In this document: piece after piece, positions 41,574 through 54,553 of the stretch
How positions within the stretch are numbered: the first letter of the stretch is position 1
Layout: every line of letters begins with the position of its first letter
Source of the DNA: Balanoglossus misakiensis
Taxonomy: Eukaryota; Animalia; Hemichordata
Assembly: GCA_040954595.2 (NCBI GenBank)
Contig: CM082576.2
Location: 11,721,129 to 11,785,128 of the forward strand
DNA: 64,000 nucleotides
Reading direction: 5' to 3'
Notes under the pieces: model-generated
Told to the model about the DNA's origin: nothing
The model's database searches: none
Seen by the model: the letters and a program-made list of their open reading frames with translations, nothing else
Translations under genes and position numbers: made by a program

Positions 41574-43528
41574 ATGGATTTCGGTGTCGAAAAAACGAGC
41601 GCTGGGCCTGGCTTTGTTGGTATCAAGTTTTGTCAAGAATGGTAAGTGTTGACTTGTTGTACACAATGCGGAGGCCACACTGCAGCCTCGTGTGTGTACA
41701 ATCCTCTCTAAGTGGACATTCTCTACAGTGGGAGAAAGACTTGGAATAGTGAAAACTTGTGGCATGATTTCAGTGTAGGGTAGCGAACGCATGTACATGT
41801 AAGATGGCGTGCGTCGAGCTCGAGCCACCCTCCACTTTTATATATGTTACTGTTTCTGGCAGTGTTAGTGCAGATACGCCATCTTGTTGAATGTTCTGAC
41901 AGTAGTACCAGCTGTAGCAATCACACCTAGGATCGGTACCACAGGCAGTTACTAGTACTTGATCCTCATTTACACGCAATGTCATTGTCAGTGATTTGCA
42001 TGAATTTTACATTACAATACAAATGCTGATCAGATGGTTTGGCAGTCGTGTATGCCACCATTTCTGTAGCCTGACTAACCTTGTGCCAAACACGTGAAAC
42101 TCATTGCAACATACATTTCTTTAACGGGATAACTTACCAGGGTTACACAAGGATTTTAATTTATTTATTGTTTTATTTTTGTAACAGTAACAATATGTTG
42201 TATCCAAAGGAAGATAAAGAAAATAAAGTCTTACTTTATGCGGTAAGTGACTCCAAAAGCACAACTTTTCTTTTTAAACATAAGATAACTTTCTTTAGTT
42301 TCTTGTAATATATATTATTTATATTGCTGTGCCTTAGTTAAATGTACTCAATGACCAGTTGTCATGACTTAACTATTAGACAACACATGAATAACTTTGT
42401 CTTCCATCACTTAATTTTGGTCAATACTAAACATTGTATCATAGTAATATTCAATGCCATGTTAAAGGCTATGAGTTGAGTAGTACCAACCGATGATTTG
42501 CCATATGTCAGTGTGCACAGAACAACGCAATTAAGCCTGAATTCAAAAGAAACTAGAATAACTGTTGTAATCTTGGCTATATATCACAGTCATTCTAGTT
42601 AATAAATGTCATCTGCATTTCAGTGTCGGAATTGTGACTACCAACAGCAAGCAGACAACACGTGTATATACGTCAATAAAATCCAGCATGAAGTAGAGTA
42701 AGTATCGCAAAGTCATCGTCAAACTGACCACTTTATTTTAAGACTCAGACATTTCACGTTATTCATCTTACAGCTGCATTGGCCTTACTTGTGCAACAAG
42801 GAGTTGGCTGAATCTGTACTATGTGACAAATATTCGTGAGGGGATACATGTAGAATCTTGGAGATTATCATGTATAGAAATTAAACCCATGTAGCTGGCT
42901 GCACTCATACACCTGTATCTTTTCTAGCTTGGGTAGTGTTGTTCATGGAAGCAATAGAGCTTCTTGTGCAGTGATCGTGGAGAGGGTCTTCTGAGTGCTG
43001 TACACAAAAGCTTGCTGGACACACAAACACACACACGTGAAAAATACTGAGCATCCATAGCTCTCATTTTAGAGTGCTTTTAGAGAATTCTGCGAATACT
43101 TATCTTGCAGTGAGTTGACGCAGATTGTCGCTGATGTGATAGCAGATCCAACCCTTCCACGAACAGAAGACCATCCGTGTCCGAGATGTGGGCAGAGAGA
43201 AGCAGTGTTTTTCCAGTCACAGTCCGCTAGGGCAGAGGTAAGTATTCTGCTGGTTACTGTCTTTTTGTACTCTGTCACTGACTGACTGACAGACCGAACA
43301 ACTCACTCACCTACTAATGGATACATCAGAAATTGACAGACAGACAGAAGATAGATCATACTTGTACATGTATTGTCACTGAAATGAGACTTAAATCTGC
43401 TTTTCGGACCTGTCTCTTGTTTTTCTTGGACAAAACTCACTGATATTGTGTCTATTTCATTTCAGGAGGGAATGAGACTTTACTATGTGTGTGCAGCGCC
43501 AAACTGTACACATCGATGGACAGAGTGA
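41574..43528 (+). CDS. POLR2I: DNA-directed RNA polymerase II subunit RPB9, 5 exons, 128 aa
   Basis: Exons 41574-41641, 42188-42242, 42624-42697, 43111-43237 and 43466-43528 translate to [49 protein letters not shown]...[51 protein letters not shown]. This closely matches metazoan RPB9 with both zinc ribbons. Confidence 0.98.
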
Positions 43529-45122
43529 AGTTGGATTTTGTCATTTTGACAACAGGTTTTGATCCGTGTCCTTTAACATTTTAAACTGACTTGACTTTTT
43601 GGTTCCAGTTTTAGAGTAAGAAAGTAAAGAAAATTAATTTATGGCTAGCCTTATTCCCTTTTTTTGCAAACACTGCCCTCTACGGCCAGATTGATACGAG
43701 TTTAGCGGTACATTGAGGGTGAAGTCACCATTTATTTCATAACAACAGGTCAAGGCATTTCATTTGGACAGTTTTCCATTTTTTCTCTGGAGCTTGGCCA
43801 TGTAAATTTGGAAAAAAAACACTTAAGTGTAACATTCTTTTTGGAAAACGTTCCATTTCACAAATATGTTATTGTCTGAGTTGGTGATTGATTGGAGACA
43901 TTGCCACCATGTTTGCACAAATTAATGTGAACTAAAGTCTGCACTTACTACGTTTTTGGCCTTGGAATTGTGTATTAGAGGACTGTCACTGCATGAAGAG
44001 GTGAGACATTATTGTTTCATGACGATATGGGGAGGGGGCGACCGAAATCACTATGGGTGTATGTGTATAGGCGACTTCAAGTTGTCTTCAGTGAATTGGT
44101 GTGTCCGGCGGGGTGTAGGCAGCAGTCTGAAAAAAACTCTTCTGCTCATAGTGTAAGCTTATTACCACGTTATTTTTCCACAACAAGGCACTTCTGGTCT
44201 ACATTACGTGCCTTTACAACACGATTTGCATGCTTCCCTCTCGGGGATACTATCCTTAGTGTCTTGAATCATGGGTAATCGGATTGTCTGAAGTTCTTAA
44301 ACTTATTTTGCATGTTTATAGTACAGTTAATTCGTATATTCTCACGAAGTATGTGCAAACAATTCGGTGAAGCCACCATTCATCAATATTTGTGTTTTCA
44401 CCTTTATCAATGGATCCTGCGAACTTCGATTTTTAGCTCGCGTATCACGCGTTGACGCGCCTTTGAAACAATCGATTTCTGAGTTGCCATGGGGACCACC
44501 ATCGATCGAACTTCCGTTTACCCTGCGAACAGACTGGTGCCCGAGGAGTCTCGCTGACCACGGCGATGTGATGTGAAAGTGTCGGGACTGTTTTGTTTGG
44601 TGTGTTTTGAACCAGCATGTCGGAAACACAAACACGGTGCCGCGGATTTCATCAGCCACGGGCGAGTTGGGTCTAATCGGATGTTGTCGGAGGCGCATGC
44701 AAGGAGGGCACAGCGTAATCCTATTGTCGTCGACTGCCCTGCAAAGTTCTTCTCGGCTGTTGCTGCCACTCGATCAAGCCAGAATAACACCGCGTGTTAT
44801 AGGCCCACTGAGTTGTGAACCTTTCCGGTAAAACGTCTTGCAATAGGATCTCGTTCTTTATAAATCAAGTTCGCCACGAAGTCTATAAAAATAATTAGCC
44901 GCGTTTGTCGACACTGCTTTGTGCAGGGATGTACAACTACGCTGCTACAGAAGTTTCATTAGGCGCCAGTCAGATGCAACTCGAGCAAATCGTCACCCTG
45001 CCTTCACAATCACTTTTAACCAAGTAAGTGCCCGGTAGAAACACATGAAGTTTTTGCCTATCAATCCGAAGAGGGTGTACATAACATAGACACTGAAGTG
45101 ACTCCGAAGTAAATCTTAAACA

Positions 45123-46667
45123 ATGGCGGAGTTTAGCCTGGTGCCCAAAGTATCACAGTGGGGGAAGAAACCAGTCCAGGAGAAAACGGTACTGGACGAG
45201 GACGGCAGACCGGTTCGCAGGAAGCCGATCACCAAGAAAGACCTGACGGAGCAAGCCGTGAAGGACAATCTGCTGGACACAAAGATATTGCAGAAACACC
45301 TGATCATGCTGGAGAACCACAAAAACAGGCGCTTGCACCAGATCGACCGGGAAGTGGTCGAGACGCAGCGGTTCCTCGAGCGCCTGGCGGCCGAGAAGCA
45401 GTCGCTGCGGGAACGGAGAGAATCGGCGGCGGAATTCGGCTACTCCCACGTCTTGCAGCAGATACTGAAATCGATGGGCCTGCCGACGGAAGCCCCGAAG
45501 TTCAAGCCACCGATTCAGCAGAACAAAAGCGGAGGTCGACGTACCGGTTCCGGCTCGAAGAGAGGGAGCGCGACTCCGGCGTCGCTGGTGGCATCGCAGG
45601 GGCGGAAATCTTCGGCGCCTGCAAGTTTGCGAGGCGTTTCCGCGGCGCATCTTACACCCTCAGCTGCCAATCACCAGTTCGAGGACAATATTCTCGGTAC
45701 GAACGTAATCGGTCTTGACTTTGATCTTGAAAGTGAATCGACCGCTCACACGAATGAGAGAGACGACGTTTCTGACGACACGAGTATACGGTTACCCGAC
45801 GATGACGACGATGGGGTAACTGATGGTAACGACGTGAGGAAATCGAAAAGCGAAAATAAGAAGGTGACGTTCGTGGGCGTCGGAAACGAAAGTGATGCAA
45901 ACGACGACAGCGTGACGGAAATCGCAAACGCGGCGAATTCCACTGCCCGGGACGAGGTGGTGGACGAGACCCACCTGCCCTGGGAACTGCGTCGCCTGCG
46001 GTGGGAATTGGCGAGGCGAGATCAGCCGAAATCACCCGAATTCCAAAGCCCGGCGATCCTAAAATGGAAGCAGATTCTCCAGGAGAAAAAGAAGTGTCCC
46101 GTACCGGAGTGCACTCTCCACGGCGAGCGGTACAGCCAGCTGAAGAGACGCGGCGACTCCGTCGGGAAGAGACTTTCGTCTGCCGCCGTCCAATCCGTGA
46201 ACAGCCACTTCTATCACTACGACGACGGGCGACCGTACCAGAGCACCGACTCGACCAGATTCCCGACCCTCTCGCCGGGATGGAAGAGCGCGAACAGCGA
46301 TCCCAGTCGCCGGAGTGAAACACCCGGCACGACGTTCTCCTCGCCGAGTCCGAACATATTCAGGGATTTAGACAGCGAAGAAGAAGAAGACGACGACGAA
46401 GCGAACACCGACCTGGGGAGCGTGGACGCCATATCGTCGGTGAGAAGGCCAATGAGGGGCTCAAACCGAGAAAAGATGGCGGTTTACAAAGAGGCGTCCC
46501 TGCGCAACGCCTTTGAGATCATGCGCAAGAGAGTGGCGTCGGAGGTACCCGAGCCGTTCAACAAAAATTACGGCGACCCTACCCCGAACTGGAAAATCTT
46601 GAACCCACTGAAATTACGCCTTCGCATCTTCCACAAGTCGCCGTTATATGTCAAATGGAAAATGTGA
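45123..46667 (+). CDS. Uncharacterised 514-aa single-exon protein (N-terminal coiled coil, long disordered Ser/acidic middle, basic C-terminal motif)
   Basis: A 1545-nt uninterrupted ORF with GC3-rich coding-like codon use, in sharp contrast to its AT-rich flanks, and a good start context (ACAATGG). I do not confidently recognise any domain. Confidence 0.8.
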   Translation: MAEFSLVPKVSQWGKKPVQEKTVLDEDGRPVRRKPITKKDLTEQAVKDNLLDTKILQKHLIMLENHKNRRLHQIDREVVETQRFLERLAAEKQSLRERRESAAEFGYSHVLQQILKSMGLPTEAPKFKPPIQQNKSGGRRTGSGSKRGSATPASLVASQGRKSSAPASLRGVSAAHLTPSAANHQFEDNILGTNVIGLDFDLESESTAHTNERDDVSDDTSIRLPDDDDDGVTDGNDVRKSKSENKKVTFVGVGNESDANDDSVTEIANAANSTARDEVVDETHLPWELRRLRWELARRDQPKSPEFQSPAILKWKQILQEKKKCPVPECTLHGERYSQLKRRGDSVGKRLSSAAVQSVNSHFYHYDDGRPYQSTDSTRFPTLSPGWKSANSDPSRRSETPGTTFSSPSPNIFRDLDSEEEEDDDEANTDLGSVDAISSVRRPMRGSNREKMAVYKEASLRNAFEIMRKRVASEVPEPFNKNYGDPTPNWKILNPLKLRLRIFHKSPLYVKWKM

Positions 46668-48757
46668 CGACAAAACTTTTTTTGGCCGGCCAGTACATTT
46701 TGATTTGTAGCACGCCCCAGAATTTGCAAGAAGCGAAAGTACCCGTATCTGGATTTGCCGTTTAAGATTGGTTTAAGATTGTGTACGTTTAATTTGACAC
46801 ATCGCAATGTGTACTTGTACTTAATATTGACTATAACATATAAAATGTCCATTCTTTTCCAAAAATCCGGAGAACTAGTGCGTAATAAGCAATTCACAGA
46901 CATGTTTTTCTACCACTTTCCCCGCTTGGCATATTGTTCAGCAGACCCGGTGAACCAGTTGCATAGAAGGACTAATACCTCTGATAATTCTCCGCTTAGA
47001 CTTGACAAATCGAGACATGACCATGTAGTAGTGACAGTTTTAAAACTTTATTCAATAAAAATTAGGGTTAAAATCTAAACAATGTCGTGCCGGTATGTTT
47101 CAGTAAAAAGAAAGAGGGAGAGAGAAAAAAACAATCGATACTTAGATTTGTTTGAAAAAAGAAACACAGTAACACCATGTACTATTAAAAAGTCCCACTG
47201 TTCATAAAGCGAATTAGACATATAGTCTGTGGGTACTTAACCCTTAGCCAGGTATAATTACAAATGTATATTGGCAAACTATGACATGGCAAAATTATAG
47301 CAGGACACAGTCACTACGCACATTGTGTGGAGTGACTGTGGCCACTGATTTTATCATGTAATATGTGATTATGGTTTGGCTACGGTCTATTACAACGTCG
47401 TCTTGTCGATCGGTGCTGTGGAATATTCCGATGATGACGTCACCGTTGTCGCAACTCGTTTTGAAATGAACACACGTCAAGAGTCTGTGAAAGTCACCAA
47501 GTGTCACTTTTATGAGTGGAAAAAGAAAAGAACTTGACATCAAAGTGCTAAAATTAAACCTACACTATATATTTGGCAATTACGTCACATTGTCTTCACT
47601 TGGCAGCGTTAGAAATGTATGTACAGACTTTTGAAGGAAAGCTACTTTAAGTTACAATCACGTGTTCTTCAGGCATTGAATTCACATCAGCGAAGTTGAA
47701 AAAAATACATGCGTATAATAACCAGCAACGAATGATGACGTGTATGTCTTCGTTGTGTTTCGTGCACATTTTTTTCTCCATTAGAGGGACATCGACGGAA
47801 TCATTGTGGATGTTAACCTTCCTATTCAAGATTCATCGAAAGAGCATTTACAAAAAATATGCACAAAATCATCACTTGTCTTGCATGTATCTCTTTCAGC
47901 TTCGAAGACATCAATGTTCGACGATAGTACATACGGAAGCATAGGAACTCAGCTTGCGCCATTCAGCGCGCGGTGTCGCAAATTACAGTTTCGCCCTCAA
48001 CGGCAACAGAATTGTGCTCTCTTCTGCAGCGTTTCAATCTGGGTTTACATCCGGGTTTATCAAGAGTCCCGCCAACAACGAATTGGAATGATAGCCACAG
48101 TTCAAGTTTGGCGAATGTGTGTAGAAAGTGGCGCGCTTTCAAAACCAGACCACCACACTACCGGTTTTTTTTTCGCGATTGAGAAAAATAATTCTGTTAC
48201 CGTTGGGATTATTTCAGTTGCTCCGTTACGTTACTTTATACTATAACTTCTAAAATGAACGCGATTATAATTTGTACTATTCTAATGAATATAATTCGCT
48301 TATCAAAAAAGCCCATGCCTAACATTTTACGGGGATATCTCTAGGGGAGAATAAACTATAATGCTTTGAAATTATACGAACTGAAAATTGCCCTTTAAAC
48401 TATGCAACAGCTCCAAAAAGACTAGTCTATGTCTGTTGAAAAAGACTGAATGGGAGCCGAAAAGCACTGGATGGGAAAGTATACAAAAAGTGTTGGTGTT
48501 TTGACTAGCTTTAATTTTCGTTGTTTTCTTTCTTTAAAAAGCACCGAGTAAAGGGGAGTTTTCAGTTTTACCTCATGAGTTTTAACTCGATACACCGAAA
48601 TGGTAGCATAGGGGAAAAAAGACCGTACACACGAGAAACACACTTATTTCAGGAGTGGCTCTTTCTTGACACACAAGGCGCGGGCCGTCAGGAGAGCGGG
48701 TCGTCGCGATGGTATTAAAAGCTTGTGGCAAGAAGAACATTCACCGGCCGCCGGCGC

Positions 48758-50525
48758 CTAGGCTGACACTTTACCCTTTTCGATGTTGTCGAGTTCGCGG
48801 GACATCTGGCACGCAACGCACGGACCGAAACACGACGCGGCGCAGCAGTCCTTCATGATCGAGCCCTGCACAAGCACAGAAGAAGAAGAAAAATGGAAAG
48901 AAAAATTACCAGCTTGAAACCACTGACATGCATACTCACGTCACCACTGGGGGGGGGGGGCAATCCTCACAGAAATAAACAAAGACGCCGGACCCTCAGT
49001 CAGGAGGATCTGGCAGGTTGAAAGGCTGATGACGACAATAAAAAGCACGAATGCTATTTTCACTGAACCACAGAACAGTATATGGTCTGTATACAGTCTA
49101 TGCTATTATTGCATGCCATTCTGCGTAGAAGTACTCTTTTCCAATTAAGTTCGCCTGTTTCTGGGTATATTTAGCAACTTTCCTCGCTATAGGCACGGTT
49201 TGCAGTCGATCGCACGCAGAGCAATCAAGAATACCTACCTCTATGTGGTGTTGGGTCCTGATTTTAGTACGCATGACCGTCAGTGCCCCAGGCACACAGA
49301 ATGGCACGCAGCAGTGTTCACCAAGACGGGTTGCCAACTGACACTGGAAACAAGGGAAACAAATCCAACCGCACACACCTGGCACGGAAACAAAGAATAT
49401 CGAACCGTTTCAGCGTCCAGTGACATACAACATATATAGCGACGCGGTTACGCGTAACGTATTAAGTTGCACATGTATATGTTATCTCGCTTGGGGAAGG
49501 GGGAAATATATTTTCCAACCGGGGAAAGAAGTACAGAATGTATAGGAATACATGTATTGCTTAATGTTTGTGTCGCCTGGTGGCGCACTTTCCCAGCAAG
49601 CTGCCCAGTCTCGATCGGTGGTCGCGATCGCCGGAGAAATGGTTTCAAAGAGCGCCACCGTGCGATACAAAAGTCACAAGATTATACCAAGCAGCTCAGT
49701 AGGCTAGCTTTGGAACAATTGCCAGCAAAGAGACGATTGGTAAATGGTCCGGCGGGTGTTCCGGGCCGGCCGAAGTACAGTGGGATTTTTGGTAATGGCA
49801 GCATCATCATGTTTTGCGCAAAACTAAAAGTGCTGACGTCACACCACGAGACTGTCTGATGTCAACTCACATGATTTGCAGTCTTCAAAGCAACCCAGTA
49901 AACCAGTCGTCCAGTCTCTCTCTTGAAACGTCACCTGTTCGAGGTAGAAAAACAAACAAACAAACAAACATGATATGCAAATGCAAATGTAAAACAGGAT
50001 GAAACGTGGTATATTTACAGGGTTTGGCGTTTACATGTATACCTTACATGGCCTGTGAATACACTTTCGTTTTGGATACAACATTAGTGTCACGTGGGAG
50101 ACAGTGTCCCATAACACACATCGTTATGCAGTCGCAATATATAGGTCCTTGTAATGTGCATCATGATGTGGACATGTGTCAATTATGGACCATGGCTTGA
50201 AAACGTGACCCTATCAACATTACATATTTTTACTGTAAATGTAATAAATACTTCATCACTATGGTGATTCATGGAGATAAATAGTACAGTACAATATCTG
50301 TGTGGTCACCTTCACCTTGACCGTGTACATTCACAGTGTCATTTTCTGCAAGAGGCCCCCCGCGGTGAAAATCACCCTTCCTCGAATGGCCGGCCCAACC
50401 CTCTCACATCACACGCGTTGAAGTTGAACCCCATTAAGAAAATGCGGTCACACACATACCGTGACGTGTTGAGTGGTGACGACGGCGGTTGAACCCGGTT
50501 GCGTGGTAACGATCTGCTGAGACAT
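48758..50525 (-). CDS. Cornifelin/PLAC8-family Cys-rich protein, 4 coding exons, 125 aa
   Basis: Exons 50460-50525 (MSQQIVTTQPG...), 49871-49934 (RDWTTGLLGCFEDCKS), 49239-49378 (CVCGWICFPCFQCQLATRLGEHCCVP...MRTKIRTQHHIE) and 48758-48865 (GSIMKDCCAASCFGPCVACQMSREL...) carry the canonical PLAC8 motifs. An acceptor at 50549 implies a further upstream non-coding exon. Confidence 0.93.
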
Positions 50526-50798
50526 TCTGATTGGTGGAATTGAAGATTATCTGAAAGAGAGAAAGGGGAATGATGTCAGATAATCGGTGACACAAAGCCG
50601 GGGCAGATGCAAATGCACGGGGCGTTAATGTGAGAAGTGTATAAAAAGTGCACCGGCTGTGAAATCGACAATCGGGTCTCTTATGCCGGTTTGACGTCAC
50701 CATGTATACACAATTACAAGACAGCCCAGGGTGTAACCCAGGTTTAAAATAGACAAACATTTGATATCAGTAAAAATTGAAAGGATGTAGGATGTCCC

Positions 50799-50955
50799 CA
50801 ATCTGATTAAAATCATATGTAGGGTACGGCGACTTCTTTAATCCTGCGCAGTGCGGTATTCTTATTCTCACTATGTGAGGCGACAGCATAAGAATACCGT
50901 ACCCTGCGCACGTAAAAGACGTCGCCGTACCCTACATCTGATTTTAATCAGATTG
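50799..50955. mobile_element. MITE with long terminal inverted repeats (TIRs) and TSD
   Basis: CAATCTGATTAAAATCA(T)ATGTAGGGTACGGCGAC pairs with GTCGCCGTACCCTACAT(C)TGATTTTAATCAGATTG. The element is flanked by a GGATGTCCC direct repeat (50790-50798 and 50956-50964), or by GATGTCC if the termini are CC..GG. Confidence 0.88.
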
Positions 50956-53379
50956 GGATGTCCCCACTTACAGTAGAGTCAACAATCCAATATTTCATCA
51001 AAATACTGTTTTTTAGCTATTTTCACATCTCTGATTTTCAGTTGTCAAATCACCTCTTAAACAAAACTTCGCCGTTTCATTAAAATGACTTAAAGATTCT
51101 TTCACACCCTATAGATAGATCATCTCTCAAACAAAACTCAGTCAAGTTTATGGTCAGTCAGACACAGCAAGAAAATAGGTATAACACGATTGCATCTTAT
51201 TCGGTACGCCAGCACTGCCCTGTATCAAGCTTTCGAAAAACGCTCACGGGTCAGTTTCAATTCAGCAGTTAGCTAGGGAATCCGTGTCATGGTTAATACA
51301 TTAGAGACTCCCTAGCGTTGCATTTCATGACCCCCACATTTCTAAAGTTTCTATAGGCTGTCATCGCGCTGTTTAACGCCTTTGAGACTAGACGTGTTTC
51401 CTTTCAACATCGCCCATATTTATCAAAAAGGGCCTGCAGCTTACAATATGAGTTAACATTACTACCATCAGAAATTCTTTTAGCGGGATTACATTCTGCA
51501 AACAATTTGCCGGTTAGAAAAAATGCAAAGAAGGCGGTGTTTTGTTGTCGGGCTGTTATCTACACCCCGTTGCACCTCTTATAATGTGCTGCGATGTGAG
51601 ATATGAGATGAGTTATTGTGCGACATGAAACTGAGCCCTGGAACATCTTATAGTTCCATTATCATGATTATCACAACGCAGATAGCAGATTAGCAGCAGT
51701 ATCACAGCACTTGTTTTGGTGGTTTGGCTACTTTTGGGTTAAGATGATGGTCACGGTTTTCCCCCTGCATTGTAATTTATGGACAAAGGACAAAAGTACA
51801 CGTAAACTATGAAGAATTGTGAAATTGCAATCAAGCACATTCGACGAAAAGCAATCACAAGCAATAACCGGGTCATAGCAGGTACATGTACACCATAAGT
51901 GTATAATATGATCGAGTCTTCAAACAAAACGGCGACTCCAAAAAAGAGACCCATGAAAACAATCCATCACGTCGCGCTATGCCGCGCCGCTGGTAATGTC
52001 ACACATGCTGGAGAGGCCCGCTCTGTCAGTTAATTGTCACTTCTGACCAATGCGACGTGACCGCTGGAGAGACGGCATGCACGTCGCGATAAAAACAAGA
52101 CATAAAACCCTGAAGTTGCAAAAACCGACCGGCCAATGGGGCATTGATAAAATACCGCAAAAAATGCCACCGCGCGCAGCTGTTTCTGATAAAGTGACCC
52201 GTGCCGCGATTTTAAAAATAACACACTACATGGTGAACGCTGGGCAGGGGATCAGGATCGGCGTGTATACATCTATCTACGTGCGAATCCCTTGAAAGAG
52301 GCTAAAATGCCGAGGGGTCATTCGGGGGTCAAATGTGTAACCATAGCTGTCGTTTTCGCGACCGATGCCCCTATATATAGACCTACATATAATGTGTGTA
52401 CCGTGCGTTGCAATTACCCCTAAAGGCTTTTCCACATTACATCAGAGGAAAGCGATCGTGCGGACTTGGTCGTCAGCCAAATCACGTGACCAAATCTGAC
52501 GGCGAGAAGGCCACGACCTGACCGCAATCCAACGTATTATGGTGAAGGCATGAGATAATATATCTATTTGGCGAACCACCTCTGACATTCCGAGCCTGTT
52601 TTTTGTAAGATTGATAATTTCTTTCATTATTTATCTATTTTAGGGGGTTATAATTAGAATGTTGCTGGTTGTATACGTCAACCAATTTGTTATTTCATTT
52701 TCCCCCCAAGCGACGCGGGTTAATTTGGAAAACCATACAGGGGCTTAGCATTGAAGACGACATAATTGCAAAAAGTTCGAAATAAGTGAAAAGGGTGAAC
52801 ATTCTATATTTAATGAAAATTAAAATGGAATAGTGGTGCGCCAGTTTCTCTCTTTTTTTAAAAACTAAAAAAAACGATGGAAGATGAGAGATAATTTAAT
52901 TTTGTCTCCATGGACCTTTCGACGATACGATTTGCATGACAAAAGGAAAAACTACTTCATTTAGATTCAGCAGAAATGCCAGGCGATAATTTAGTAACAC
53001 ACAAAGGATCCACATATTTACGAACAAAGGACTAACGACGATCACTCCACATTTTCTTAGTTGGCCGACCACGGGCTAATTACGCATGCAAAAGAAGTGG
53101 GTAGGCCATCTGGCGGCACCTATATAGCATGCATGTACTCACTGCTCCCCTCACGTGAAAAACTGACCCTCTAGAAATATGCCTGTTACCCATCGTCGTT
53201 AACCACGACCTCCTCCCGGCATCAGTCTCTCCGGGGAGCGGGGGTAGACTATTGCTCGCGAGAATGCACTTGTCTTTATAATTTTAAATGCATCAAGGGT
53301 CAAATGTCTAGTAACCATGATTAACAGCTCTGGTCTGCCTCTGCAAGGCGCCGATTGACATTACTACGTACTGGAGTTT

Positions 53380-53420
53380 TTGATTGATTGATTAATTAAT
53401 TTGATCGATTGATCGATTGG

Positions 53421-53503
<83 letters not shown>
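53380..53503. repeat. (TTGA)n microsatellite
   Basis: About 30 partly degenerate TTGA units. Confidence 0.95.
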
Positions 53504-53504
<1 letters not shown>

Positions 53505-54539
53505 AAAACACACGTAAAAGGCTGTGTACTAGAAACAATACGGGTTGGCGATCACGATCGGGTAACTGAAATTCTCGGCAGACTGACTCATACTGACTCA
53601 CATCAACTTGAACATCAGATCTCACTCAGCTGCAGTCATGCCTGAGATATGGCTTAATTGATAAAAAAAAACATTAGCAATGCAAATTAGTTTATAATTG
53701 ATTACCACACCGACCAAATACCATGATTTTAAAATGATATGCACACAGATAAGTCATATTTAATGGCGTTAACTGACTTGGTGTCCACTGACGTCAAAAT
53801 AATAATCGATTTGATTAAGCCATCATGGTTTTTTCCATATGAAAGACTAGTGAATCAGTCAGTTTGTGAATAAATTATGCATTAAATGCTGATATGGTCT
53901 ATTAACGAGGTTTGCTATGCAATTGAAATGGCATTAGTGACATTGTCATGGCCTGTTAAGCCAACTTGATTTCTGTTTTTTTACCCCAAGCCTGGCCTCC
54001 TGTTTATGTCTAAAACAACGGTCCAGCGTCAACTCTTCTAAAATGCGGCGTCACGACTGTACCGGCATGGGAAATCTTTAGTGTGATTCGCTCGTACACG
54101 CCCCATCAACCAAGGAACGGAATTCCCAAACATTTCTAAAGAAAGTTCATAATAATTTATCATTTACATCGTTGAAATGCAAAATATTATTCAAGCAAAA
54201 AGCAAAGTCGTGCTACTGTAACATTTAGTCACGAAATCTGAACGATTGGTATTTTTTATTGTAAAATATGATTGGAATCTGGAATCTGAAGTTGCAATGG
54301 CTGATCACAGAGTCTCACGGGCAGCCATGAGGCAAGAACGGAAGGCTTGGTATCCACACTATAGACCCAATAAAGTCCTGCTCCTTCGTTATGGAAAAGT
54401 TGCACCTCTATTAGAGGAAACTGGGCCACGGGGTAAAGGGGTTAAAATGCCACCGAGGTTGACAACGTACGTATGTGAACACAGACTATCAACCGCGCGA
54501 AAGCCTTCCCTACAGGGAATGCACTTTAGGAGCAGAAGA

Positions 54540-54553
54540 GTTGCCATGGAAAC
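54540..54553. promoter_or_regulatory. RFX X-box
   Basis: GTTGCCATGGAAAC fits the X-box consensus. The target gene is not identified. Confidence 0.45.

Noticed and set aside
45153-46432. Long antisense and alternative-frame ORFs (165-223 aa) over the 514-aa gene
   Set aside because: They are shadow ORFs expected from GC3-rich coding sequence, Arg-rich and without motifs.
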